A stretch of 64,000 nt of DNA from the NCBI GenBank assembly GCA_964613395.1, contig CAZTGO010000010.1, forward strand, positions 794 through 64,793. The letters run 5' to 3'. This DNA comes from an uncultured Candidatus Poseidoniales archaeon. GTDB taxonomy: Archaea; Thermoplasmatota; Poseidoniia; Poseidoniales; Poseidoniaceae. A model generated the notes under the pieces. It made no database searches and was not told the origin of the DNA. It saw nothing but the letters and a program-made list of their open reading frames with translations. Below, piece after piece: positions 36,535 to 45,851 of the stretch. Positions within the stretch are counted from its first letter, which is position 1, and the number at the start of each line of letters is the position of its first letter. The translations under genes and the position numbers were made by a program.

Positions 36535-38175
36535 TCAGGCACCTCCTTCAAATCCACCGAGGATAGGTAAGATCACGGAATCAAACATTTGGTTTGTCCA
36601 ATCGCTCATCATATCGAGGGCAATCCATGGCAAGATACCAAACAGGATGGTGAAAAGAGCGAGAATAAGCATTGCAAATTTCTCAGCGTTTGTGATATCT
36701 GGTATCGCATGGCCAGCCATTGAGGCAGGAGGTTGTGTCTCTTCTCCACCTTCGAAAATTGTACGTTGCATCGACCAGAGATAGTACGCTGCTGTGACGA
36801 CAAGAACGAGCAAAGGACCAGCCATCCACCAAATACTCCAACCTTCTGCGACGATGAAATACCAGAGTGCGATGAACATCATAATTTCAGCCACGAACCC
36901 TGCGAGAAGAGGCAATCCAAGTGAGGCCATCCAAGCGAACATCATTGAGGTAGCGAGCCAAGGCGAGTGTTTTGCCATGCCACGCATGGCACCAATCTCC
37001 ATCGAATGATAGTGATGCTTGAATGCACCACAAACAGCGAAGAGCATAGGACTGATGATGCCGTGTGCAAACATCATGAAAAGAGCTGCAGCCCACCCAA
37101 GTGGTTGCATGGTCGCAACACCGATGAGAATGACACCCATGTGGGATACTGATGAGTATGCGACCATTTTCTTAAGATTGGTTTGCCCAAGACAGACAAT
37201 CGCACCCCATACAAGTGACACCATACCAAACAACATGAGGGCGAGTTGGAAGGATTCCATTGCGTGCGGGAAAAGTGAAAACGGAAGTCGGAACATACCG
37301 TAAGCACCCATTTTCAACATAACACCAGCTAGCAACATCGATCCACCTGTTGGGGCTTGAACGTGTGCATCTGGTAACCAAGTGTGGAATGGCACAGACG
37401 GTAATTTGACGAGGAATCCGAGCATGAGCATAACGAAGAGGATCTTTTGAACACTTTCGCCTAAGAACCAACCGTTTGTGTTTGCAATCATCGATGCATC
37501 GATAATCGTTGGTATGTCAAACGACCTGTTGGTCATTGAACCAGCATAATTTAGCGGCGTGGTTGTATCTTGAAGGAAATACAATGTCACTAAGCCGAGC
37601 AACATGATAACTGAGGCTGAAAATGTGTAAATGAAGAACTTTTGAGATGCATATTTGCGATCATCTCCTCCCCATTTGAGGATGAGGAAAAACATCGGGA
37701 TGAGTGTTAATTCCCAGAACACATAGAACATAAACAAGTCGAGTGCTACGAAAACACCGATTAGTGCACCACCCATCATGAGAAGAAGCGGGAAGTATGT
37801 CGCTGCTGATTTCTCATGCCATGTCGCGATAATTGTCACTGGAAGAAGGAAGGTTGTGAGCCATACCATTGGGAATGAAAGAGCATCAAGGCCAACACTC
37901 CAGTAAATCCCTAATGATTCGATCCAAAGATAACGTTCTTGGAATTCATATGTGTTGAAATTGATACCTTCCCATCCTTCAAAATCACCAAAGTATTCGA
38001 AGAACATCCCTGTTGTTAATGCGAGCATAATCAGCGAAAAGACGAGCGAAGCCATTCGGATGATTGGTCCAACACGCTGTTTTTTCTCCTCTGTTAAGTT
38101 TGACACAAACATAAGTAAAATCAAACTTGATGCAAGTGGGAAAGCGATGAGAGGTAGAGAAATGTAATCGGTCAA
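36535..38175 (-). CDS. nuoM: NADH-quinone oxidoreductase subunit M
   Basis: PFHTWLPDAHVQAPTGGSMLLAGVMLKMG is the NuoM/ND4 signature. The TTG start overlaps the nuoL stop (TTGA). Confidence 0.9.
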   Translation of the reverse strand: MTDYISLPLIAFPLASSLILLMFVSNLTEEKKQRVGPIIRMASLVFSLIMLALTTGMFFEYFGDFEGWEGINFNTYEFQERYLWIESLGIYWSVGLDALSFPMVWLTTFLLPVTIIATWHEKSAATYFPLLLMMGGALIGVFVALDLFMFYVFWELTLIPMFFLILKWGGDDRKYASQKFFIYTFSASVIMLLGLVTLYFLQDTTTPLNYAGSMTNRSFDIPTIIDASMIANTNGWFLGESVQKILFVMLMLGFLVKLPSVPFHTWLPDAHVQAPTGGSMLLAGVMLKMGAYGMFRLPFSLFPHAMESFQLALMLFGMVSLVWGAIVCLGQTNLKKMVAYSSVSHMGVILIGVATMQPLGWAAALFMMFAHGIISPMLFAVCGAFKHHYHSMEIGAMRGMAKHSPWLATSMMFAWMASLGLPLLAGFVAEIMMFIALWYFIVAEGWSIWWMAGPLLVLVVTAAYYLWSMQRTIFEGGEETQPPASMAGHAIPDITNAEKFAMLILALFTILFGILPWIALDMMSDWTNQMFDSVILPILGGFEGGA

Positions 38176-40709
38176 GACATCACCCCCCAGATGAGAGCAA
38201 ACAACATCAGTGTACCAACCGCAGCCATGAGGATGTAATCTCGAGCAGAACCAGTTGTCAACTTTCTCAACGATGTCGAAGCGCTTTGAGATGTAGATTC
38301 AATGGTCTTGATAGCCCCGTCAATGAATTTGCTGTCTGCATGGGCTGCTTTGAGTGAAAACGCAGCCACAATTTTGAGCATCGCCATGTCGTAATAATGG
38401 TCGAAGTACAATCGATTCTGCAATGCTCTTGAAAGACTTGAGGTGGCAAAAGCTGAGTTGTCCCATGAATATCGTCCTTTGATTGCTGCATTGAGCATCA
38501 AGATTGGCGTAAACCACGGTTTTGCAGTTTCTCCCTCATCCAAAGCTCCACCGTAGAGTGAGAGTGCCAAACCAGGTCCAACGATTGCACCGAGGAATAT
38601 GGCGATGTATGTTAGGGTGAAGAAGAACATGTCATGGTTGGCAAACGCATGCCCAAGTTCGTATCCAATTCCTTCGAAAAGTCCCTTCTCCGACATGAGG
38701 GCGTATCCAGAATCTGGTGCCCAGTGGGTAAAGCCCATGCCTGCGAAGAGGATTCCGCCTAAGGTCACAAAAGTGAGCGTGAAAAGTGGTATTTTGATCC
38801 ATGTATTCGTTGGACCAACGTGTGCTGCAACTTCGTTGTTTGGTGAACCTGCAAAGGTCTTGAGCCACATTCTCGACATGTAAAATCCAGTCATGGCTGC
38901 ACCGAGGAGAACACATGCTGCAGGGAAGAAGAATCGTGGGTCTTCAAGGCCAACTCGCCATGCGTTTGCAATGATTCCTTCCTTGGACCAAAATCCACCG
39001 ATGAGAGGGAAACCCATGATTGAGAGTGAACCAACCAGCATAGCCGTAGCCGTAATTGGCATCTTGGAGGCTAAACCGCCCATATTTTCCATCGATTGTG
39101 CATCGAAGTGGTCGTCATGGTGGTCATCGTGTTCGTGTTCTTCGTAGGTTTTGCCCTTGATTTTTGCAAGAACAATATCAAGTTCTGGAACGTTGATTGT
39201 GCCGTTACCGTCAAGGTCAACAGCTTTCATGAGGTCACCCATTTCCCAAGGTGGAAGGTCAGCAACTTCTGTATTCTTTAGCGCAGTTTGGAATTCAAAC
39301 ATGTCGATTTCTCCCGAGCCATCGAGGTCAATGGTTTTGAAAAATTCAAATGTGCTCAATTTCTTTGAAGCCAAGTAATCCGATAACATGTAGAGTTCCT
39401 TGGGTGTGTGATGATGGTCGTCATGATGCAAGTGGTGATGTGCATGATGGACTTCATGGATTACCGCACCACTTGCCATGAACAGCATACCCTTTGCCAT
39501 TGCGTGATTGAAGAGATGGAAGAGTGCTGCACCAAAGGCGATGATGACGATGTAATGTGCGTCGTCGTCGTGATGCCAGTCAAGTGAGTTTGCTAGCCAC
39601 AATGCACAGCCAAGGCCCGTGAAGATGTAAGCAAGTTGCGACATGGTCGAATAGGCGAGTACTTTCTTGAGGTCCATCTGAACAAAAGCAATACTTGCTG
39701 CCATCACAGCGGTGATTCCACCAATGCTTGCAATAATGAAGGCGAGGTCAACAAGTTCACCATGCATTGCTTCAGCACCAAAGAATGGGAACATTCGAGC
39801 GACAAGGTAGAGGCCTGCGTTCACCATTGTTGCTGCGTGAATGAGAGCAGAGACCGGTGTTGGACCTTCCATTGCATCTGGGAGCCAGACATGCAGTGGG
39901 AATTGTGCAGATTTACCAACTGCCCCAATGAACATCATTCCAAGAGCCCACTGAAGAGAAGCAGGGTCAACGGCTGCGATATTATCTGAATCAAAGACAA
40001 CTGCATAATCAAGGGAGCCAAACAGATGCCAAAGCATAGCAAGACCGACCATCAGGAACACGTCACCAACACGGGTTGTGAGGAAAGCCTTCTTTGCGGC
40101 ATATGCAGCACTAGGCCGTTCGTAATAGAAGCCGATGAGCAAATACGAACAAAGACCCATTAATTCCCAGAAGATGAACAACCATAGGAATGAATCTGCG
40201 AGAATCATACCGAGCATTCCTGCACAAAAGAGCACGAATTCTGCATAGAATCGATGATTTCGATTATCGTTGATCGGGTCGGTGTTCATGTATCCGATCG
40301 CAAAGGTGTTGATGAGCAAGCAAAGGAAAGATGCGATGAACAACAACATGACGGTGATGTGGTCGATGTAGAGGCCAAATCCAAATGAAATTTCTGTTGT
40401 TGTTGCTCCGCCATTCCACATCGCAGAGGAGAACCAGTCGAACACGTGCAGGGCACTTTTACTGTCATCGCCATAGGCTCCGATGTAGTCTTTGATGAGC
40501 AAAAGAGCAAGGAGGAGGCTCGTAGCCATAGTAACGAGTGCGAAAATTCCACCTTCTTTGAACGTGGAAACCCAAACTTTGTTGCCATTGAACAATCTTC
40601 CGAACAGGAGAATGATTGGGAAGGCAATCATTGGAAGGAAGACAATGTATGGTGCAAATTCAATAACACTGCTGTGGATAGTTTCTGTTGTACCTGTTGA
40701 ACCCATCAT
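38172..40709 (-). CDS. nuoL: NADH-quinone oxidoreductase subunit L, enlarged (845 aa) by an EF-hand/His-rich insert
   Basis: FPLHVWLPDAMEGPTPVSALIHAATMV (NuoL/ND5 signature), ...ASGAVIHE [insert] ...MGGLASKMP, and a long C-terminal region with extra TMs. Confidence 0.9.
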   Translation of the reverse strand: MMGSTGTTETIHSSVIEFAPYIVFLPMIAFPIILLFGRLFNGNKVWVSTFKEGGIFALVTMATSLLLALLLIKDYIGAYGDDSKSALHVFDWFSSAMWNGGATTTEISFGFGLYIDHITVMLLFIASFLCLLINTFAIGYMNTDPINDNRNHRFYAEFVLFCAGMLGMILADSFLWLFIFWELMGLCSYLLIGFYYERPSAAYAAKKAFLTTRVGDVFLMVGLAMLWHLFGSLDYAVVFDSDNIAAVDPASLQWALGMMFIGAVGKSAQFPLHVWLPDAMEGPTPVSALIHAATMVNAGLYLVARMFPFFGAEAMHGELVDLAFIIASIGGITAVMAASIAFVQMDLKKVLAYSTMSQLAYIFTGLGCALWLANSLDWHHDDDAHYIVIIAFGAALFHLFNHAMAKGMLFMASGAVIHEVHHAHHHLHHDDHHHTPKELYMLSDYLASKKLSTFEFFKTIDLDGSGEIDMFEFQTALKNTEVADLPPWEMGDLMKAVDLDGNGTINVPELDIVLAKIKGKTYEEHEHDDHHDDHFDAQSMENMGGLASKMPITATAMLVGSLSIMGFPLIGGFWSKEGIIANAWRVGLEDPRFFFPAACVLLGAAMTGFYMSRMWLKTFAGSPNNEVAAHVGPTNTWIKIPLFTLTFVTLGGILFAGMGFTHWAPDSGYALMSEKGLFEGIGYELGHAFANHDMFFFTLTYIAIFLGAIVGPGLALSLYGGALDEGETAKPWFTPILMLNAAIKGRYSWDNSAFATSSLSRALQNRLYFDHYYDMAMLKIVAAFSLKAAHADSKFIDGAIKTIESTSQSASTSLRKLTTGSARDYILMAAVGTLMLFALIWGVMS

Positions 40710-40715
40710 ACCACC

Positions 40716-41018
40716 TCAATTCTTTAACACATTGACGTCGTCCAATGTGATTGATTCATGCTTTCCATACATGGCAAGGAAAATTGCGAGTCCGATAGCA
40801 ACCTCACTTGCGGCGATAGCAATAGCAAAGAGTGTGTAGACCCATCCCGTTGTGTCTCCGTGATGAACCGCTGCTGCTGCAAATTGGAGATTTGCTGCAT
40901 TGAGCATCAATTCGATGCACATGAGTACGATAATGGCATTCTTCCGGGTAAATGCACCTGCAAGACCAATGATGAAAAGAAGTGCGGCGAGGCCTGATAC
41001 CCATGATGGATCGATCAC
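40716..41018 (-). CDS. nuoK: NADH-quinone oxidoreductase subunit K
   Basis: 100 aa with 3 TM and LMCIELMLNAANL (the conserved Glu-containing helix). The GTG start overlaps the upstream stop. Confidence 0.9.
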   Translation of the reverse strand: MIDPSWVSGLAALLFIIGLAGAFTRKNAIIVLMCIELMLNAANLQFAAAAVHHGDTTGWVYTLFAIAIAASEVAIGLAIFLAMYGKHESITLDDVNVLKN

Positions 41019-41284
41019 TCTTCCTCACCTCCAAATTCCCATAGGAGATTTTCCATTCGTTCATCTCGAACGAGGTAAGCAGCACCAATCATTGCAACTG
41101 CCATCAAAATACCGAGTGCTAGCAACGGCAAACCCCATTCGTTGAGGAGATCATCGGCTAACATCGATGTTGTAGGTGCGTCGTCACTTCCTTCTTGCCA
41201 AACTGCGTCGGCACTTACGGTAGCGATTAAAATAAAACCTAGGGCCAAAAGACCCATTCGGGTCATGAGAGAAAGAAATTTCAT
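41015..41284 (-). CDS. nuoJ: NADH-quinone oxidoreductase subunit J, C-terminal part (J2)
   Basis: 89 aa with 2 TM, and LLALGILMAVAMIGAAYLVR resembles the last NuoJ helix. The ATGA overlap with J1 and its position between J1 and K support the call. Confidence 0.7.
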   Translation of the reverse strand: MKFLSLMTRMGLLALGFILIATVSADAVWQEGSDDAPTTSMLADDLLNEWGLPLLALGILMAVAMIGAAYLVRDERMENLLWEFGGEEE

Positions 41285-41556
41285 TCAAAATCCTCCTCTA
41301 GAATTTGTCTTCTTGTCAGCATGATACCGAACAAGACGACAAGTCCAACACTCGCTAGATACACGAGAATTTGGATTGCAGCAAGGAACTCCGCACCCAT
41401 AAGGATGAATATTCCTGACACTGCCATGAAACAGAAGATGAGCGAGAGCATGGAATGGGCAACGCGTTGGGCGTAAATGAGACCGAGTGCACCCACAATT
41501 GTGATGGTGGCAAACAAAAAGAAGACTGCAGATTCAACTGTGGTTGCTATGTCCAT
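41281..41556 (-). CDS. nuoJ: NADH-quinone oxidoreductase subunit J, N-terminal part (J1)
   Basis: MDIATTVESAVFFLFATITIVGALGLIYAQRVAHSMLSLIF...AEFLAAIQILVYLASVGLVVLF is the NuoJ/ND6 pattern. The track ORF's 55-aa extension overlaps nuoI and was rejected. Confidence 0.8.
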   Translation of the reverse strand: MDIATTVESAVFFLFATITIVGALGLIYAQRVAHSMLSLIFCFMAVSGIFILMGAEFLAAIQILVYLASVGLVVLFGIMLTRRQILEEDFE

Positions 41557-41557
41557 C

Positions 41558-42520
41558 TCAGTTCCCCTCCTTTGCTGCCTTCTTTTCACGCTTGGTGCGT
41601 TCTTTGATAGCACGCTTTGCAAGTTCTTCGTCAACCGCTTCTTGATGAACAGAGGGGAGGACCCGTGTTCGACTTGCGTCGAACCATAGATCTTGGCGAG
41701 TAAATCCTGACATTCCATCATATTCGTTGGTCATGAAAAACGAAGTAAAGCCGCATGCTTCCATGCACAAACCACAAAACATGCATCGGCCAATGTCGAT
41801 TCGTCCTGAAACGATTTGATCATCTGCCGTAAGAAGGTCGGTTTGCTCAACCACTTCTTCGGAACCTGTATCATTCCAACGAATTGTTGCGGTCGATGAG
41901 GAGAGGTCGAGGACTTCGCCGAAACGCCATTCTTGTGGAACATCATCGTGGGCTGTGACGTGATTAAAACCGAGTTGAGCTTCTGCAACATCGTCGAGTT
42001 TCTTTGCTGCAAATTTACCAACCTCGAGGTCAACACCGTATCCGCCATATTCTCCTTCTGCACTGTCGAGAACATCGACTCTGAGTTCGGTTGTCATGTG
42101 CAAACAGTCATTTGGACAAATGTTGACACACATTTTACAAGCAGTACAAGTTTCCCAAATGACACCAATTCGACCATTGTAATTGCCTGGAACGAAGAGC
42201 CATGGTTCCATGTCTTCAAGTCGCTCGTAAGGATATTGAACTGTTTGAGGTTTCCAGAGTGTCGGTTTGAGGTCTGATGTCACTCTGTCCGGTGCGAATT
42301 CTTGTTTCTCAACATCGTTCATCACAGCAGATGCTTTCGCACGTGCCCGACTACCGTCATCGAGGAATTCTGGGTGTGAAGTGTTATGATATGCCCCCAT
42401 CTTCTTTCCGAATCGCTTCCCTAAGAACGGAAATGTTCGCAATGCGGTAATTAGTGTAATCTTAAATGGGTACCAAAAAAGGTTTCTGAAATTTGGTCTT
42501 GCATGTGGGTGCGTTGGCAT
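41558..42520 (-). CDS. nuoI: NADH-quinone oxidoreductase subunit I (2x[4Fe-4S]), enlarged (320 aa)
   Basis: CTACKMCVNICPNDC and CMFCGLCMEACG. These two ferredoxin-type motifs are separated by about 110 aa instead of the usual about 30. Confidence 0.85.
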   Translation of the reverse strand: MPTHPHARPNFRNLFWYPFKITLITALRTFPFLGKRFGKKMGAYHNTSHPEFLDDGSRARAKASAVMNDVEKQEFAPDRVTSDLKPTLWKPQTVQYPYERLEDMEPWLFVPGNYNGRIGVIWETCTACKMCVNICPNDCLHMTTELRVDVLDSAEGEYGGYGVDLEVGKFAAKKLDDVAEAQLGFNHVTAHDDVPQEWRFGEVLDLSSSTATIRWNDTGSEEVVEQTDLLTADDQIVSGRIDIGRCMFCGLCMEACGFTSFFMTNEYDGMSGFTRQDLWFDASRTRVLPSVHQEAVDEELAKRAIKERTKREKKAAKEGN

Positions 42521-42529
42521 TTGTTCACC

Positions 42530-44041
42530 TCACTCCGTTCCTGGGACAACTGTCCCTGCTGGTTCCACCGTGTAGACATGGAACATCCGTTCTTCATTGG
42601 CTGATTTACCTTCATCATTGAGATAGACGAGGAACAATCCTGTCCAAAAGAGAGTTGTGAGAATTGGCACAAGCATTGGGATACCAAACAGGTCCCAAGC
42701 CATGCCGCCCGATACAGAATCATCCATGCCGCTAGCGTCAAAGAAGTACAATCGGTACACCATAGCTAGAATGACTTGGAGGACTGCGAGTGGCAGGAGC
42801 ATTCGCCATCCAAACTCTAGAATTTGGTCTGTACGAATACGGGCGAGGGCAAATCGTGCCCATACGAAAACGATGAGGAACACGAGCCATGACTTGATGA
42901 GTGTTACACCCGCACCCGGAATTAATTGATATGCAGCACCAATGCCCAGCAGTTCAATACTTCCGATTGTGCCGTGGAATGGAAGATGCCATCCTCCGAG
43001 GAAGAAATGCGTGAACAAGAAACAGGCAGCATAGGTTCGAATGTATTCTGCCATAAACAGCATACCGAATCGCATGCCGCCATATTCAGTCCACCAGCCT
43101 TCAACAAGTTCGGCTTCAGCCTCCGGCATGTCGAATGGAACCCTTTCGACCTCTGCAATCATTGTAACAAGGAATAGTGCGGCACCGAGTGGCATGAGGA
43201 AAATGTTCCAAACACCCGCTGAGTGTTGGAAGTGAATGCTTTCGATGATATTGAAGGTGCCAGTGAGAATTGCGACTGAAAGAAGTGTCAAGAGAAGAGG
43301 AATCTCATAAGCGGTGAGTTGAGCAGCAGATCGAATGCCGCCAATTAACGTGTATTTGTTGTTGGACGACCAACCAGCGAAAAATACACCAATTGGTGCA
43401 ATGCCAAAGATTGCAATGGCGTAGAGTATTGAAAGGTCTGGGTTCGTTGCGTAAATGCCGCTCGATAGTGGAATCATACCCAAAATCAACAGAGTCGACG
43501 ATACGATAAGGAACGGTGAAACCTCGAAGATGAGTCTATCGGCTCTTTGAGGCACCATGTGTTCTTTCACAAGGAATTTCATACCATCTGCTACATTCTG
43601 GAAGAATCCAGGGAGAATCGTGAAACCCATCCATGAACGATTGTTCACTCGGTCGACGGTGGCGAATTTTTCATCTCGATTTCCGAATTTTTTGTTGAGC
43701 CAACTGTGGACTGCTCCGATTGGCTTTCCGAGGCCGAAGGGCAACATGTTCCACCATTCACCTGCAGTTGTACCATTTTCTCCAACCCAAAGTGAACGAA
43801 GAGCGGTTGTTGCTCCGTACCTGTCCTGCATTCGAGCAACAGCTTTTCGCTCAATCCACAGGATAGCAAATTGCGAAAAGAAGAGCATCAAGAAGACGAC
43901 ATTCACAACGAGGAATGTGCCCAAACCAAACGATAGTGCATCTGCATTATCTTCGAGAGCCGTGCCTTCAACTGCTGAATGAACAATATCTTCAACAAGA
44001 CCGGATAGAAATTTTCGGAGGTCGTATGCGTCATCCACCAT
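42530..44041 (-). CDS. nuoH: NADH-quinone oxidoreductase subunit H, enlarged (503 aa)
   Basis: WIERKAVARMQDRYG, GWSSNNKYTLIGGIRSAAQLTAYEIP and ERVPFDMPEAEAELVEGWWTEYGGMRFG. Confidence 0.9.
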   Translation of the reverse strand: MVDDAYDLRKFLSGLVEDIVHSAVEGTALEDNADALSFGLGTFLVVNVVFLMLFFSQFAILWIERKAVARMQDRYGATTALRSLWVGENGTTAGEWWNMLPFGLGKPIGAVHSWLNKKFGNRDEKFATVDRVNNRSWMGFTILPGFFQNVADGMKFLVKEHMVPQRADRLIFEVSPFLIVSSTLLILGMIPLSSGIYATNPDLSILYAIAIFGIAPIGVFFAGWSSNNKYTLIGGIRSAAQLTAYEIPLLLTLLSVAILTGTFNIIESIHFQHSAGVWNIFLMPLGAALFLVTMIAEVERVPFDMPEAEAELVEGWWTEYGGMRFGMLFMAEYIRTYAACFLFTHFFLGGWHLPFHGTIGSIELLGIGAAYQLIPGAGVTLIKSWLVFLIVFVWARFALARIRTDQILEFGWRMLLPLAVLQVILAMVYRLYFFDASGMDDSVSGGMAWDLFGIPMLVPILTTLFWTGLFLVYLNDEGKSANEERMFHVYTVEPAGTVVPGTE

Positions 44042-44047
44042 ATCACC

Positions 44048-45187
44048 TCAGCGGTCTGTCTCCCCGATACATGGGTCAAAACTACCCATAATCGCTGGAA
44101 TGTCAGCGACTTTGTAACCAATCATTGTTTTTGCAACATATGGAATTGTGATGAACATCGGTGAACGAATCGACAACCGATAGGGGTTCTTTCCGCGGCC
44201 ATCGCCGCCACCTTGAATGTAGAATTGGGAGGCACCACGAGTACATTCGTAGTTGCTGAACCCTGTGGCACCCTCCGGGGCACGTGTTGGGGCCTTGGCA
44301 ATGATCATTTCATCACCGTTGGCATAATTCGTGTTTTTCCCGCCTGGAATTTTCTCAATCGCATCGAGAATCATGCGGCATGATTGGCGCATTTCTTCCA
44401 TTCTGACTCTGTATCTGTCGTAGCAGTCCGCACCTTTGACCGAGGTTGGTTTCTCGACTGCTGGTTCCCAGTCAACTTGATCATACACAGAATAAGGATG
44501 GGCCCATCGAACGTCGTAATTGACGCCTGCTGCCCGAATGTTTGGTCCGGTAACACCTGCATTGACCATGTCCTCAGCCTGTGCATAACCTACACCTTGA
44601 AGTCGCACAAGCCAAATTGTCGATTCATCGAGCATCATCTCATATTCATCGATTCGCTTCTCAAAAAGTTTGATTTTCGCAATCAGTCTGTCCGCAAACC
44701 CAACTGGGATATCACGCTTGACACCACCGACACGAGGATAATTGTAATGCATTCTCGAACCACCTAGTTCCTGAAGCAAGTCAAGGAACATTTCTCTGTC
44801 TCGCATGCACCATGTCATGAGCGTCAGGCTGCCGATGTCCGGACCATATGCACCCAACCACATGAGGTGGGAGGCAAGACGTTGACATTCTGCAGCAATA
44901 AGTCGGATATATTCTGCTCGTTCGGGGACTTCAACTTCGAGTAAATCTTCCGCAGCATAGATGTACGAATTCGCCCATGTCATCGCACTCACATAACAAA
45001 GACGGTCGCAGTAAGGCGTGACTTGTGTGAAATCTCTTGATTCACAAATCTTCTCTACGCCTCGGTGAATGTATCCTAACTCAGCTTCTGTGTCGACAAC
45101 AGTTTCACCGTCGACTTTGACACGAAGCGTCCACAACCCATGGGTCATCGGATGCTGAGGGCCCATTGTAATCCACATTTGTGCCAT
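44048..45187 (-). CDS. nuoD: NADH-quinone oxidoreductase subunit D
   Basis: MGPQHPMTHGLWTL...YCDRLCYVS...C-terminal SFDPCIGETDR. Confidence 0.95.
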   Translation of the reverse strand: MAQMWITMGPQHPMTHGLWTLRVKVDGETVVDTEAELGYIHRGVEKICESRDFTQVTPYCDRLCYVSAMTWANSYIYAAEDLLEVEVPERAEYIRLIAAECQRLASHLMWLGAYGPDIGSLTLMTWCMRDREMFLDLLQELGGSRMHYNYPRVGGVKRDIPVGFADRLIAKIKLFEKRIDEYEMMLDESTIWLVRLQGVGYAQAEDMVNAGVTGPNIRAAGVNYDVRWAHPYSVYDQVDWEPAVEKPTSVKGADCYDRYRVRMEEMRQSCRMILDAIEKIPGGKNTNYANGDEMIIAKAPTRAPEGATGFSNYECTRGASQFYIQGGGDGRGKNPYRLSIRSPMFITIPYVAKTMIGYKVADIPAIMGSFDPCIGETDR

Positions 45188-45195
45188 GATATCAC

Positions 45196-45849
45196 CTACT
45201 TTACGCGGCCCTCATCCGCTGGTTTTCGAGCAAATCCTTGTGCATCATCATACATTTCATTGTAGTCATGATATCGGATTTTGTGTTGTTTTTGGAGTGG
45301 GTGAAACCCTTCAGGGCTGTCGTGTGGGTTGAGGACCCGGTGCATATTCTCATGACCCTCGAATTGAATTCCGACCAAATCCCACGTTTCCTTCTCATTC
45401 CAATCTGCCCCGACCCAAATATTTTGCACGCTGGGTACTGAGGGTGTGTCGTTATTCTCGAGAGGAATCAGGACTTCGAATTCCATTGGTACATCGTCAC
45501 CTTTGAGGGATTCAGCAACATGAACACAGTGTGTGTGGGGTGCTTGATTTTTCACAGGTTGACGCATGAAATGATAGGCAACTTCCCAACCTCGATCCGA
45601 AGGTCCTTCTGGGAAATGAGTTCCTGTAATCATTGAGCAATGGTTCACATCCAAATCAAATCGTAGCCATTTTGCCAGGGCAGACCAATGTTGTGGCGGT
45701 GTTGTGATTCGAACAAATGCCATCTTGTGAGCGTTCGAATGATGTTCGACCGACGATGTGATGCCAGTGCCACCAAATCGCTTCTCGATTCGGGCAACGC
45801 AATCGTTTGCAGCTGCAACATTTTGTTCAAGTGTGATGGCCATTCCCAT
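45196..45849 (-). CDS. nuoC: NADH-quinone oxidoreductase subunit C
   Basis: 217 aa lying between nuoB and nuoD, with WVGADWNEKETWDLVGIQFEGH...HPLQK typical of the 30-kDa subunit. Confidence 0.9.
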   Translation of the reverse strand: MGMAITLEQNVAAANDCVARIEKRFGGTGITSSVEHHSNAHKMAFVRITTPPQHWSALAKWLRFDLDVNHCSMITGTHFPEGPSDRGWEVAYHFMRQPVKNQAPHTHCVHVAESLKGDDVPMEFEVLIPLENNDTPSVPSVQNIWVGADWNEKETWDLVGIQFEGHENMHRVLNPHDSPEGFHPLQKQHKIRYHDYNEMYDDAQGFARKPADEGRVK

Positions 45850-45851
45850 GT

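Noticed and set aside
39350-39455. The poly-His coding tract in nuoL, considered as a cloning-tag contamination or slippage artefact.
   Set aside because: The His codons are mixed cat/cac and interspersed with Asp, Ala and Leu codons. The tract is in frame within a conserved gene and is mirrored by a second His/Asp tract on the other side of the EF-hands.
41557-41721. A 55-aa extension of the nuoJ1 ORF.
   Set aside because: It overlaps the nuoI 3' end. The conserved NuoJ N-terminus begins at the ATG at 41556, 1 nt after the nuoI stop.
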